Shown here: positions 25,172 to 33,914 of the stretch, in pieces
Position numbering within the stretch: position 1 is the first letter of the stretch
Layout of the letters: every line of letters starts with the position of its first letter
IMG/VR virus record: IMGVR_UViG_3300046643_000057
Coordinates: 1 to 56,389 of that record
Length of the DNA: 56,389 nt
DNA from: a virus
Strand: one strand, 5' to 3'
Notes under the pieces: generated by a model
What the model saw: the letters and a program-made list of their open reading frames with translations, nothing else
Databases searched by the model: none
What the model was told of the DNA's origin: nothing
Made by a program: the position numbers and the translations under genes

Positions 25172-25424
25172 CGACAAGATCAAGGCCGCGCGCAAGGCGC
25201 TCCGCAAGATCGCGAACATGAGCGAAGGCGTCGTGAAGACGACCGCACTCGATGCCCTCACGATCCTCGGCCATCGCGAGAAGTTCCGGCAGACCACCGC
25301 GCTCGACCGCCGCCATGTCCTCGAGCGCACCGACCTATCGGTGATCGAGGTCGCAGCAATGCTCGGTCTGAGCGAGAACGTGGTGCGCAAGATTCGGTCG
25401 GACGCTTGGGGACGGCGTCTGTGA
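25161..25424 (+). CDS. small HTH protein
   Basis: C-terminal LSVIEVAAMLGLSENVVRKIRSD is helix-turn-helix-like. Confidence 0.6.
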   Translation: MTDDDKIKAARKALRKIANMSEGVVKTTALDALTILGHREKFRQTTALDRRHVLERTDLSVIEVAAMLGLSENVVRKIRSDAWGRRL

Positions 25425-25810
25425 AGCTCTACGCGACCTTGTGGGATCGGCTCTGCGCGAACATCGTGATCGACGAGCTCGGCTGCTGGATTTGGATCGG
25501 GCCGACACGGCGCCACGGTGGCGGCGATCGGCCGATGATCACGATGCGCGTAGCCGGTGGCGGTCGTGCGACGCAGCCGAAGAACTACAACGCCGCGCGC
25601 ATCATGTGCGAGCAGGTCCACGGCCCCGCGCCGGGGCCAGAGTACGACGCGTCTCATCTGTGCGAGGACGAGTGGTTGTGCATCTGCCCTGATCATGTGA
25701 TTTGGGAGACGAAGAAAGAGAACGCGGCGCGGCTCACGGCCAAGCGCCGGCTCGAGGCTTTCTGCGACCCGTTCGTGCGCGGCGTGGTGACGACTGTCTG
25801 CCCGTTCTAG
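25421..25810 (+). CDS. HNH endonuclease
   Basis: GTG overlaps the upstream stop. Contains GCWIWIG...SHLCEDEWLCICPDHVIWETKKEN (His-Me finger pattern). Confidence 0.7.
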   Translation: MKLYATLWDRLCANIVIDELGCWIWIGPTRRHGGGDRPMITMRVAGGGRATQPKNYNAARIMCEQVHGPAPGPEYDASHLCEDEWLCICPDHVIWETKKENAARLTAKRRLEAFCDPFVRGVVTTVCPF

Positions 25811-25811
25811 C

Positions 25812-26156
25812 ATGAGCGTCGTCTGCTATTTCCGGCCCGGCACGAAGGCGAAGATCATGGCCGGCGAGTGGGTGCATTGGGTTTTCGGCCACAAGTCGCG
25901 AGCGCACTACCTCTATGCCTGCGTGATGAGTTATCCACCGTGGGTCGACAAGGTCGATTTGCTGATGCTCAAAGCGTGGGCCGACGCGATGAGTGCTTTC
26001 CACGGCGAGCGCTACGTGCTCGATCACATCGTGCCAGTGACGCACGACCGCGTCAGCGGTCTCGGTGTGCCTTGGAATTTTCAGGTCATTCACTGGCGTG
26101 TGAACGGTGCGAAGGGCAACAAGTGGGAGCCGGATCAAATGGAGTTGTTCGCATGA
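25812..26156 (+). CDS. HNH endonuclease (second, unrelated copy)
   Basis: Contains YVLDHIVPVTHDRVSGLGVPWNFQVIHWRVNGAKGNKW (H-N-H spacing). Confidence 0.7.
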   Translation: MSVVCYFRPGTKAKIMAGEWVHWVFGHKSRAHYLYACVMSYPPWVDKVDLLMLKAWADAMSAFHGERYVLDHIVPVTHDRVSGLGVPWNFQVIHWRVNGAKGNKWEPDQMELFA

Positions 26157-26476
26157 CGAAGACAATCAAAGAAGGCGACATCCGCAAGGCGCTCAAGGCG
26201 CGAGTCGAAGTCTACGGCGGCGAGATTCGCGCTGTGTCCTGGCTCGGTCGTAGCAACGCGCCGGACGTGCTTGCGCTCTTTCCGACTGATTCGCGCTACT
26301 ACCAGAAGATCGGTGCGTTCCCCCCGTACATGCACCCCTTCGTCGAGACAAAACGACCCGGCAAAGCCGCGACCGAAGCGCAGGCCCGCGAGCATGAGCG
26401 CATGCGTGAGGCCGGGTGTGTGGTGCTCGTAATCACAACGATCGAGGAACTGGACGCATGGCTGCCGCCGCTGTGA
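26153..26476 (+). CDS. VRR-NUC domain nuclease
   Basis: ATG at 26153 within ORF 25868..26476. Contains PDVLALFP...PFVETKRPGKAATEAQAREHERMREAGCVVLVI (D...ExK core). Confidence 0.75.
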   Translation: MTKTIKEGDIRKALKARVEVYGGEIRAVSWLGRSNAPDVLALFPTDSRYYQKIGAFPPYMHPFVETKRPGKAATEAQAREHERMREAGCVVLVITTIEELDAWLPPL

Positions 26477-26682
26477 AGGCTTACGACGACCCGGAGGCTT
26501 TGCATGCTCACGGGCCTATGGAGCACAGTCTCTGCGGTCTAGCATGTGACGCATTTTCGTCCGGTGACGTTGACTATCTGCCTCGATACGCGGGCCCGAC
26601 AAACACTGTCAGTTGCGACCAATGCTTGAGCATGATCGAGCACGTTTATTCCGGTTTCACCCGAGCAGGCCGTGTCAAGTGA
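26458..26682 (+). CDS. small Cys-rich hypothetical protein (74 aa)
   Basis: ATG at 26458 within ORF 26416..26682. Contains CGLACD...CDQC. Confidence 0.45.
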   Translation: MAAAAVKAYDDPEALHAHGPMEHSLCGLACDAFSSGDVDYLPRYAGPTNTVSCDQCLSMIEHVYSGFTRAGRVK

Positions 26683-28124
26683 GCAAGCCTTTCACGCCGC
26701 GTGAGTACGGCCACCTCATCGTCGATCACATCGTCGAGCACCCGCGCTGCGCCGTGTGGGCCCCGATGGGCTTCGGGAAGACCGTCAACACGCTCACCGC
26801 GCTCGACACGCTCGACGTGATGCACGGTAGCGTCTGGCCCGCTCTCGCACTCGGTCCCCTGCGCGTCGCGCGCAAGGTCTGGTCCGAGGAGGCGCAGAAG
26901 TGGGATCACACCGCAGGCCTGCGCGTGAGCAAGGTCATCGGCACCGCAGAGGAGCGCATCGCCGCACTCCTGCGGCCGGCTGAAATTTACGCGATGAATT
27001 ATGAAAACGTCGCGTGGCTCGTGCACTACCTGAAGAGCGTTAAGCGGATGCCGTTCCGCACGATCATCAGTGACGAAGCACGGCGGCTCAAAGCCCACCG
27101 AATCAAGCAGGGCGGCGTGATGACATCGGCGCTCTCAGAGCTTGCGTGGCACTCCAAGATGAAGCAATTCATCGAGCTCACCGGCACGCCTGCACCGAAC
27201 GGGTTGAAAGACCTTTGGGGGCAAATGTGGTTCCTTGATCGAGGCACACGGCTCGGTCTCACCTACGACAGTTTCGAAAACCGTTGGTTCGCCTACAAGC
27301 GAATCCGCGACGCGATCCACGCGCACAAGACCCATATCCAGACCGTCATCCACCCGCACAGCGACCAAGAGATTCACAGTCTCGTCGCTGACCTGTGCCT
27401 GAGCCTGAAGGTCGAGGACTGGTTCGACGTGGCGCTGCCGATCTTCATTCAGATTCCGGTCGACATGCCCAAAGAGGCGCGGCGCCATTACCGGGAAATG
27501 GAGCGCGCGCTTTTCACCCAGATCGAAGGCCACGAGATCGAGGCTTTCGCGGCAGCCGCGAAGTCGCAGAAGCTCCTGCAGCTTGCCAATGGCGCTGCCT
27601 ACCTCGATCCCGATGTCGAGAGCGACGAAGACCCACGGGCGCGCGCCTACAAGGTCACGCACAACGCCAAGATCGAGGCACTCGAGAGTCTTGTCGAGGA
27701 GTCGGGCGGCATGCCGCTGCTCGTGGCCTACAACTTCAAGAGCGATCTTGCCCGGCTGCTCAAGGCCTTTCCTGATGGCCGCGCGCTCAAGAGCGAGAAG
27801 GACGAAGACGACTTCAAGGCCGGGTTGATCCCGCTTCTCTTCGTCCACCCGAAGAGCGCAGGCCACGGCATCGACGGCTTCCAAAACGTGACGAACATCG
27901 TCGTCTTCTTCGGTGAGAATTGGGACATGGAACTGCGGCAACAGGTCATCGAGCGTATCGGCCCGGTGCGCCAGATGCAGAGCGGATTCAATCGCCCGGT
28001 CTACGTCTATGACATAGTCGCTGCGGACTCGATCGACGAGGATGTGCTCGCGCGCCACGAGTCGAAGAAGTCGGTGCAGGAACTGCTGCTCGCTGCAGCG
28101 CAACGAAGGAAACGCAATGGCTGA
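26679..28124 (+). CDS. SNF2-family DEAD/H helicase
   Basis: Motif I WAPMGFGKT, motif II IISDEARRLK, C-terminal helicase motif HPKSAGHGIDGFQ. GTG at 26679 overlaps the upstream stop; the track start at 26613 is also possible. Confidence 0.9.
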   Translation: MSKPFTPREYGHLIVDHIVEHPRCAVWAPMGFGKTVNTLTALDTLDVMHGSVWPALALGPLRVARKVWSEEAQKWDHTAGLRVSKVIGTAEERIAALLRPAEIYAMNYENVAWLVHYLKSVKRMPFRTIISDEARRLKAHRIKQGGVMTSALSELAWHSKMKQFIELTGTPAPNGLKDLWGQMWFLDRGTRLGLTYDSFENRWFAYKRIRDAIHAHKTHIQTVIHPHSDQEIHSLVADLCLSLKVEDWFDVALPIFIQIPVDMPKEARRHYREMERALFTQIEGHEIEAFAAAAKSQKLLQLANGAAYLDPDVESDEDPRARAYKVTHNAKIEALESLVEESGGMPLLVAYNFKSDLARLLKAFPDGRALKSEKDEDDFKAGLIPLLFVHPKSAGHGIDGFQNVTNIVVFFGENWDMELRQQVIERIGPVRQMQSGFNRPVYVYDIVAADSIDEDVLARHESKKSVQELLLAAAQRRKRNG

Positions 28125-28341
28125 ATTTCACCTTTGGTCGAAAGACAACCTCGTGAAGTTTGCCGAGGAGGCGACCGTCGTGCTCATCCAGAAAGACGCG
28201 CGGATCGTGCAACTCGAAAAAGACCTAAAAGTTGTAAAAGAGGCTTGGCGTCAAGCGGTATCAAGTGATACAGTTCACGAATGGACAGCATCACCCCCAC
28301 ACAGTACGCAGCCGGTTTCCTCGCCTTCGCGTTCATCGTGA
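28117..28341 (+). CDS. hypothetical coiled-coil protein (74 aa)
   Basis: ATG at 28117 overlaps the helicase stop. The C-terminal part runs across operator O5 and the next gene start, so the true end is uncertain. Confidence 0.45.
   Translation: MAEFHLWSKDNLVKFAEEATVVLIQKDARIVQLEKDLKVVKEAWRQAVSSDTVHEWTASPPHSTQPVSSPSRSS
28256..28273. promoter_or_regulatory. operator-like site O5 (CGGTATCAAGTGATACAG)
   Basis: Ends 7 bp upstream of the ATG at 28281, the first gene of the GT/MTase module. A possible TTGGCG-18-TACAGT promoter overlaps it. Confidence 0.5.
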
Positions 28342-28478
28342 TTGGCCTCCTGGCTTGGGCCTGCCACAAGGCACCCGAAGCACCACCGGATGAGTTTTTC
28401 TTCAGCGACAGCGATATCGATGAGGCCTACGCCGACACGATCCCTGCCGACTTCGCAGACACACGGCCGCCACGATGA
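28281..28478 (+). CDS. small membrane protein (65 aa)
   Basis: One TM segment (YAAGFLAFAFIVIGLLAWAC) and an acidic tail. Its stop overlaps the next ATG. Confidence 0.55.
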   Translation: MDSITPTQYAAGFLAFAFIVIGLLAWACHKAPEAPPDEFFFSDSDIDEAYADTIPADFADTRPPR

Positions 28479-29059
28479 AAACCGCGATCGTGCTCGCGAG
28501 CGGGCCGAGCCTCACGATGGAGCAGGTCGATGCCGCGAAGGCGTCCGGTCACTTCACAATCGTCGTGAATTCGACCTACGAGATTTTCCCGACTGCGGAC
28601 GTTCTCTATGCAGGCGACTTCTTGTGGTGGAAGAGCAAGATCGCCGACGCGCGCAAGACCTTCAAGGGTGCGATGTGGACGCAAGACTCGAGCACCGCGG
28701 CCCGCTGGCCGGACGTGAAGCGCATGCGCGGCACGAACCGCGAAGGGCTCGGCAAAGAGGTGATCCACAACAACGGCAACAGTGGCGTGCAGGCGATCAA
28801 TCTCGCCTATCTGTGGGGTTACCGGCGCATCATCCTGCTCGGCTTCGACATGAAGCTCGGACCGAAGGGCGAGCGTCACCACCACGCCGACCACCCTCAC
28901 CCGATGGTGCAGCAGCAGACGTTTTCCGAGTGGCTGCACAAGCTCGAATTCTTCGCCAAGGACATCAAAGCTGTTGGCGTCGAAGTCATCAACTGCACGC
29001 CGGGGAGCGCGATGCGCTGCTTCGCCATGAAGCCCTGGCAGGAGGTGCTCTGTGCCTGA
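28475..29059 (+). CDS. MAF/CstII-like (DUF115, MptE-like fold) putative glycosyltransferase
   Basis: IVLASGPSL near the N-terminus and NNGNSGVQAINLAYLWGYRRIILLGFDM later match the Rossmann-like motifs I recall from PF01973 proteins (motility-associated factors, GT42 sialyltransferases). Confidence 0.6.
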   Translation: MKTAIVLASGPSLTMEQVDAAKASGHFTIVVNSTYEIFPTADVLYAGDFLWWKSKIADARKTFKGAMWTQDSSTAARWPDVKRMRGTNREGLGKEVIHNNGNSGVQAINLAYLWGYRRIILLGFDMKLGPKGERHHHADHPHPMVQQQTFSEWLHKLEFFAKDIKAVGVEVINCTPGSAMRCFAMKPWQEVLCA

Positions 29060-29306
29060 CGAAATCTTCTGCGCGGGCGGCTGCAAAAAGAGCCTACCCG
29101 ACACCAAGGCGGCCGAGGACGCCGGGTGGTCGTTCCTTCACATCACCGGCCGCTATCGTTGTGGTGAGTGCGAGCGCCGGCTGCGGTGGGCCTCGACGGT
29201 CGAAGGCTCTGCACCGCGCAACGAGCCTGACAAGCTGCCGCCCGACTCGATCGGCGCGCTCAAGGCGCTGCCTAAGCGCGAACCACTGAAGGAGAAGGTG
29301 CGATGA
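29052..29306 (+). CDS. zinc-ribbon-like small protein
   Basis: CAGGC...CGEC Cys pairs. Overlaps both neighbours. Confidence 0.5.
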   Translation: MPDEIFCAGGCKKSLPDTKAAEDAGWSFLHITGRYRCGECERRLRWASTVEGSAPRNEPDKLPPDSIGALKALPKREPLKEKVR

Positions 29307-29515
29307 ACCCTGACAACACGCTTTCGGCGATGGACCTGCTAGCTGTTCTCATCGCCAAATTCGGCGGTGAATCGATGGAAGTCACGATCACGCAGGTCGA
29401 CATCGCCAAAGCCTCGGGCTGCGTGATGTTGAACGGTGTGACGAAGGAGGGCGCTCTTGCCTTGAAACTGGTCACGCACATGCAGTTCAAAACGATGGTC
29501 CCCGACGCGCCATGA
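29303..29515 (+). CDS. hypothetical protein (70 aa)
   Basis: ATGA-coupled ORF. Confidence 0.5.
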   Translation: MNPDNTLSAMDLLAVLIAKFGGESMEVTITQVDIAKASGCVMLNGVTKEGALALKLVTHMQFKTMVPDAP

Positions 29516-29751
29516 GCAAGAGCCACAATCTCAAGACACTGCCGCGGTACTACGAGCCGGCTGCGTTGGGCTTGAAAACTTTCGAAGTTCGAAAGAACGA
29601 TCGCAATTTCAAGGTGGGTGACAGCGTCACCCTCAAAGAGTGGACCGGGGCTGTGTTCACCGGCCGAAATCTCGGAGTTTTCGAGATCACTTATATCCTT
29701 GACGACTTCGAAGGGCTCGCGCCCGGTTACGTCGTATTGGGTTTGCAATGA
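29512..29751 (+). CDS. DUF3850 / ASCH-like (PUA-fold) protein
   Basis: HNLKTLPRYYEPAALGLKTFEVRKNDRNFKVGDSVTLKEW matches the DUF3850 pattern (H.LK..P.yF..v..G.K.fEiRkNDRdf.vGD). Confidence 0.7.
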   Translation: MSKSHNLKTLPRYYEPAALGLKTFEVRKNDRNFKVGDSVTLKEWTGAVFTGRNLGVFEITYILDDFEGLAPGYVVLGLQ

Positions 29752-30497
29752 GAGCCGTTCTCCGCATCAGGAAAGAGCCTCACTACCGCCGACTTGCGTT
29801 CGAGCTCGGTCTGAAGAAAGTCGGTTTTCATCTCACCGAGATACCCCGGCCCGCTGACGCGTCCGACTGGCTCGTGCTGTGGAACCGGCAGGGCGCCGGA
29901 GAGCTCGAGGCCGATCTGTGGGAGAAGCAAGGCGGCACTGTGATCGTCTGCGAGAACGGGTATCTGCAGAAGCTCGACAAGACCTACTACGCGATCAGCG
30001 TGCACGGCCACAACGGGTCGGGGTGGTTTCCGGTCGACGACAGCGAAGAGCGATTCGAGAAGCTCGGTTTCGAATTGATGTCTTGGTCAGGCGATGGGGA
30101 CTACGACTTGATTTGCGGGCAACGCGGCATCGGCAGCCGCACGATGAAGAGCCCGCCGCAGTGGGCCGAGAAGCGCGCGAAGGAACTGCAAGCGCGCGGC
30201 AAGGCGACGAAGCTGCGCCAGCATCCCGGCAACTTCGTGCCTAAGGTGCCGCTTACGCGCGATCTCGAGGGCGCCGCGGCTTGCCATGTCTGGTCGAGCG
30301 CGGCCGGTGTGCGTGCACTCGTCGAAGGTGTTCCGGTCTATCACAGTGCGCCGCATTGGATTTGCGCCGGTGCCGGACCTGTCTCGCGCGGCATGATTCT
30401 CAACCGCATGGCGCACGGTCAATGGCACCACGAGGAGATCGCCACAGGCGAGCCCTTCGCGCGCATCATCGCCAATCGGAGCAAAGCGACATGGTAA
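29748..30497 (+). CDS. putative glycosyltransferase (GT-B-like, capsule KpsS/KpsC-like features)
   Basis: 249 aa. VIVCENGYLQKLDKTYYAISVHGHNG and a C-terminal HVWSSAAGVRALVEGVPVY nucleotide-sugar-side motif. Weak, motif-level only. Confidence 0.45.
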   Translation: MRAVLRIRKEPHYRRLAFELGLKKVGFHLTEIPRPADASDWLVLWNRQGAGELEADLWEKQGGTVIVCENGYLQKLDKTYYAISVHGHNGSGWFPVDDSEERFEKLGFELMSWSGDGDYDLICGQRGIGSRTMKSPPQWAEKRAKELQARGKATKLRQHPGNFVPKVPLTRDLEGAAACHVWSSAAGVRALVEGVPVYHSAPHWICAGAGPVSRGMILNRMAHGQWHHEEIATGEPFARIIANRSKATW

Positions 30498-31201
30498 CGA
30501 TGCACCCGGTCGCCGGCAAAGAGAAGAGCCGCATGCTCTGCCAAGCCTTCGCCGATGGCTGCCCGGCTGACGCGAAGGGTCATGTCTTCTACGGCGTCGA
30601 CAAGTCGAATCTCGATACCTTCAATCGTGTCAGGGCGAGCGGTGAGGACTGGTACTACGTCGACAACAGTTTTTTCGATAAGGTCCGCGGCCTGCAGTTT
30701 CGCGTCGCCAAGAACCGAATTCAAACGAAGGTGCACGGGCAGGCGATCGTCGACTTTTCCCGCTTCGAAAAGCTCCATATCCCGACGCGGCCGATGCGCG
30801 ATGACGATAAGGGTTGCGTGCTCATGGTCGAGCAATCCGAGAGCTTCATGCGCGAGATCGCGTGTGATCCATCTTGGTTCTACCGCACGATGAACGAGGT
30901 CAGCAAAGGCCCGTTTGCCGACCGCAAGATCAAGCTGCGCAAGTGGGATCGGAACAAGGAGAAGCAGCAGGCCACGCTCGTGAGCGACCTGCAGGGCGCC
31001 GCGCTCGTCGTGACGCACTCCTCAGCCGCCGCGGTGACCGCGTTTGCGCAGGGTGTGCCGATCATCGTCTCGCCGATGTCCTCGCTTCACGGCACGTCGG
31101 CAGCCGAAAGACTGCACACCTTCGGCGTCCTCGCAGAGAATCAGTGGTCCCCCTCACAGATGCGCAATGGAGACGCTTGGCAATGGTTCAACAAAAACTA
31201 G
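30491..31201 (+). CDS. putative glycosyltransferase, distant paralogue of 29748..30497
   Basis: 236 aa. WYYVDNSFFDKVRGLQFRVAKN and VVTHSSAAAVTAFAQGVPIIV parallel the neighbour's motifs. Confidence 0.4.
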   Translation: MVTMHPVAGKEKSRMLCQAFADGCPADAKGHVFYGVDKSNLDTFNRVRASGEDWYYVDNSFFDKVRGLQFRVAKNRIQTKVHGQAIVDFSRFEKLHIPTRPMRDDDKGCVLMVEQSESFMREIACDPSWFYRTMNEVSKGPFADRKIKLRKWDRNKEKQQATLVSDLQGAALVVTHSSAAAVTAFAQGVPIIVSPMSSLHGTSAAERLHTFGVLAENQWSPSQMRNGDAWQWFNKN

Positions 31202-31734
31202 GCTGGTTCAACACGGCCGGCAGGCCGGGCGACCGCACGCTCAAAGATCAACTCGTCGGACTCGACACCCTGATCGCCCGTGTGTCCGGCAAGACGGTGC
31301 TCGACGTCGGATGCGCCGAAGGTCTGATCTCGCTGCAACTCTTCGACGAAGGCGCCGTAGCGGTCCACGGCGTCGAGATCGTGCAGGGCCATGTCGACGT
31401 CGCCAACAAGTTGCGCGGCGATCGTGCGTGCACCTTCGAACAGGGCGACGCCGACCACTTCATGCCCAAGCGTCAATACGACATCGTGATCATGCTGGCG
31501 CTGTTGCAGAAGCTCAGGAATCCGACGATGGCTTGCCGCAAGTTCGCGGCCGCGGCGCGCGAACTGGTGGTGCTCCGCTTGCCACCGCGCGGCGATCCGC
31601 TCATGCTTGTGGATCAGCGCAGCGGCTACATCGAGCACGACATCCGTGAAGCGATGCTCGGCAGCGGCTTCGTGCTCGCTGACGTTGTCTCCGGTCACCT
31701 CGGCGAGCACATCAGCTATTGGGAACGCAAATGA
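31183..31734 (+). CDS. class I SAM-dependent methyltransferase
   Basis: Motif I VLDVGCAEGLISLQL, followed by VHGVEI and IVIMLALLQKL. Confidence 0.7.
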   Translation: MVQQKLGWFNTAGRPGDRTLKDQLVGLDTLIARVSGKTVLDVGCAEGLISLQLFDEGAVAVHGVEIVQGHVDVANKLRGDRACTFEQGDADHFMPKRQYDIVIMLALLQKLRNPTMACRKFAAAARELVVLRLPPRGDPLMLVDQRSGYIEHDIREAMLGSGFVLADVVSGHLGEHISYWERK

Positions 31735-32252
31735 ATGACCTGATCCCGCTTTACCGCGACATGGCCGCAGGCGGCGCGCAGTTCCTTGGCCTGAGCGTGC
31801 TGCAGCACAAAGAGCAGATCGGAAAGCTCTTCAAGCGGCACGACGTGCACACGCTGCTCGACTTCGGGTGCGGTGCCGGCAACGCCTACAAGACGGCCAA
31901 CAAGGTGCACCACGAATGGCGTCTGCGCCGCATCGACGTGACGCTCTACGATCCGGCCTTCCCGCAGCACGACAAGCTGCCGACGCCCGGCCGCAAGTTC
32001 GACGCGGTGATCTGCAGCGACGTGCTCGAGCATGTGCCCGAGGAGGAGACGCTTGCTTTCATCGAAGGCCTCTTCAGCCGCGCCAAGCGTCTCGTGTGGG
32101 CGAGCGTGTGCTGCAGGCCGGCGCGCAAGAGCTTCCCCGATGGCCGCAATCTGCACGTCACGATCCGTCCGTGGCAGTGGTGGGACGACACCTTCAACGA
32201 GGTTGCGCGCCGCCACCCCGACGTCACCTACGCGCTCGTCGAGACGCCCTGA
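31731..32252 (+). CDS. class I SAM-dependent methyltransferase
   Basis: Motif I LLDFGCGAGNAY, followed by FDAVICSDVLEHVPEEE. Confidence 0.7.
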   Translation: MNDLIPLYRDMAAGGAQFLGLSVLQHKEQIGKLFKRHDVHTLLDFGCGAGNAYKTANKVHHEWRLRRIDVTLYDPAFPQHDKLPTPGRKFDAVICSDVLEHVPEEETLAFIEGLFSRAKRLVWASVCCRPARKSFPDGRNLHVTIRPWQWWDDTFNEVARRHPDVTYALVETP

Positions 32253-32254
32253 TC

Positions 32255-32995
32255 GTGGGCATCGGAGATCAACTCATGGCGGCCGGCGAAGCGCGTCGTC
32301 TGCACAAAACGCACGGCCGCCCGGTGATGATCGTCGACCGCGCCGGGCGGCCGCAGAAGAGCGATCTGTGGACCGGTATTCCCTACATCACGCAGAGCCA
32401 CGTCGGCGGCCCGATGCGGTTGCTCAACTGCTCCGGCGTTCGACCCTATATCGCCGGCAAGACGTCGAGCAAATGGACGTGGCGCCACTTCAAGCCGACG
32501 CCGGCCGAGATCGTCTTCACGGCCGAGGAGCTCGTCTTCGCTGCACCGTTTCGTGACAAGGTGATGATCGAGCCCAACGTCAAGAACATCGGCCACACGA
32601 ACAAGGCGTGGTTCGGTGACCGATGGCTCGCTCTGTCCGAGACGCGGCAGGACTTCGTGCAGTGCGTCTCGGACCCATCGCAGTCACTGCCGCACAACGT
32701 GCTCAAGGTCATCACCCCGACGTTTCGCCACGCGCTTGCCATACTCTCGGTGAGCCGCGCTTTCGTCAGCACAGAGGGTGGTCTCATGCACGGCGCCGCA
32801 GCGACGCGCACGCCGGCTGTGATTCTCTGGTCCGAGTTCATCGCGCCTGAGATCACCGGCTACGAGACCATGACGAACCTGCGCCACGCCGGCAAGCCTT
32901 GCGGCAACCGCATGAATTGCCCCGGCTGCAGGACGTCGATGGAAGCGATTTCAGTCACCGAAGTGAGCGATGCGCTCGAAAGGATTCTCAAATGA
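32255..32995 (+). CDS. GT9-like (heptosyltransferase family) glycosyltransferase, short form
   Basis: GIGDQLMAAGEARRL at the N-terminus and FVSTEGGLMHGAAATRTPAVILW near the C-terminus resemble GT9 signatures. GTG at 32255 lies just after the upstream stop. Confidence 0.6.
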   Translation: MGIGDQLMAAGEARRLHKTHGRPVMIVDRAGRPQKSDLWTGIPYITQSHVGGPMRLLNCSGVRPYIAGKTSSKWTWRHFKPTPAEIVFTAEELVFAAPFRDKVMIEPNVKNIGHTNKAWFGDRWLALSETRQDFVQCVSDPSQSLPHNVLKVITPTFRHALAILSVSRAFVSTEGGLMHGAAATRTPAVILWSEFIAPEITGYETMTNLRHAGKPCGNRMNCPGCRTSMEAISVTEVSDALERILK

Positions 32996-33669
32996 AGCAA
33001 GTCGGCCCGTGGGCGTTCCCAGATAACGAACAGCACCTCATCGACTGGATGGCCGCACCCAAGGGCTACCTCGTCGTGAACGGTCGCCCGTCGTACCAAG
33101 GCAAGAAGCAACTGCGTTGCATGGACTTCGTGCCGCTGAAACGCCGTCGCGTCGCAATCGACGTGGGCGGGCACATCGGCCTGTGGTCGTTCAACCTCGC
33201 GCACTGGTTCGAGAAGGTCGAAGCATTCGAGCCGGTCGAGGTGCACCGTGATTGCTTTGAAAAGAACGTCTTCGAAGCGCCGGATTACCGCGGGTCGAGT
33301 GTCACGATGCACCCCTTCGCTCTCGGCGAGCGCGAGGACATGGTGACGATCCACACCTCGAGCACGAGCTCCGGCGACTCGTGGGTGAAGGGCAAAGGCA
33401 CGATCCCGATGAAGACGATCGATTCGTTCGGGTTCGAAAACGTCGACTTCATCAAGATCGATTGCGAAGGCTACGAGGAGTTCGTGCTGCGTGGTGGCCG
33501 AGAAACCATCGGCAAGCACGGCCCTGTTATCTGCGTCGAGCAGAAGCGCGACATGGCTTCGACGCGCTTCGGTCTGAAGCCGCTCGGCGCCGTCAAGCTG
33601 TTGATCGGCATGGGGTACAAGGTCGTCGCCGAGGTCAGTGGCGACTACATCCTCACACGCACGCCGTGA
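32992..33669 (+). CDS. FkbM-family methyltransferase
   Basis: VAIDVGGHIGLWSFNLAHWFEKVEAFEP ... VDFIKIDCEGYEEFVLRGG is the classic FkbM pattern. Confidence 0.8.
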   Translation: MKQVGPWAFPDNEQHLIDWMAAPKGYLVVNGRPSYQGKKQLRCMDFVPLKRRRVAIDVGGHIGLWSFNLAHWFEKVEAFEPVEVHRDCFEKNVFEAPDYRGSSVTMHPFALGEREDMVTIHTSSTSSGDSWVKGKGTIPMKTIDSFGFENVDFIKIDCEGYEEFVLRGGRETIGKHGPVICVEQKRDMASTRFGLKPLGAVKLLIGMGYKVVAEVSGDYILTRTP

Positions 33670-33914
33670 AGCTCTTCATCTTCGAGCCGCTGATCGATCG
33701 CACGGGCGGCGACTTCCGGCTCGAGGTCGGCGACGAGACCTATCACGCCGGGCAGCGGTGGGTCGTGCGCCCGCACACGGCGGTTTGCGGGCCGCAGGTC
33801 ACGACGGTCGATGGGTGGGTGGTGAAGACGTGGACGATCACGCGCCACGACGACCCTGAAGGTCTGCTCTATGGTTGGTTCGGTTTCAACGAAGTCAAGA
33901 GAGTCATGCAATGA
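33666..33914 (+). CDS. hypothetical protein (82 aa)
   Basis: GTG overlaps the upstream stop. Its stop overlaps the next ATG. Confidence 0.5.
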   Translation: MKLFIFEPLIDRTGGDFRLEVGDETYHAGQRWVVRPHTAVCGPQVTTVDGWVVKTWTITRHDDPEGLLYGWFGFNEVKRVMQ

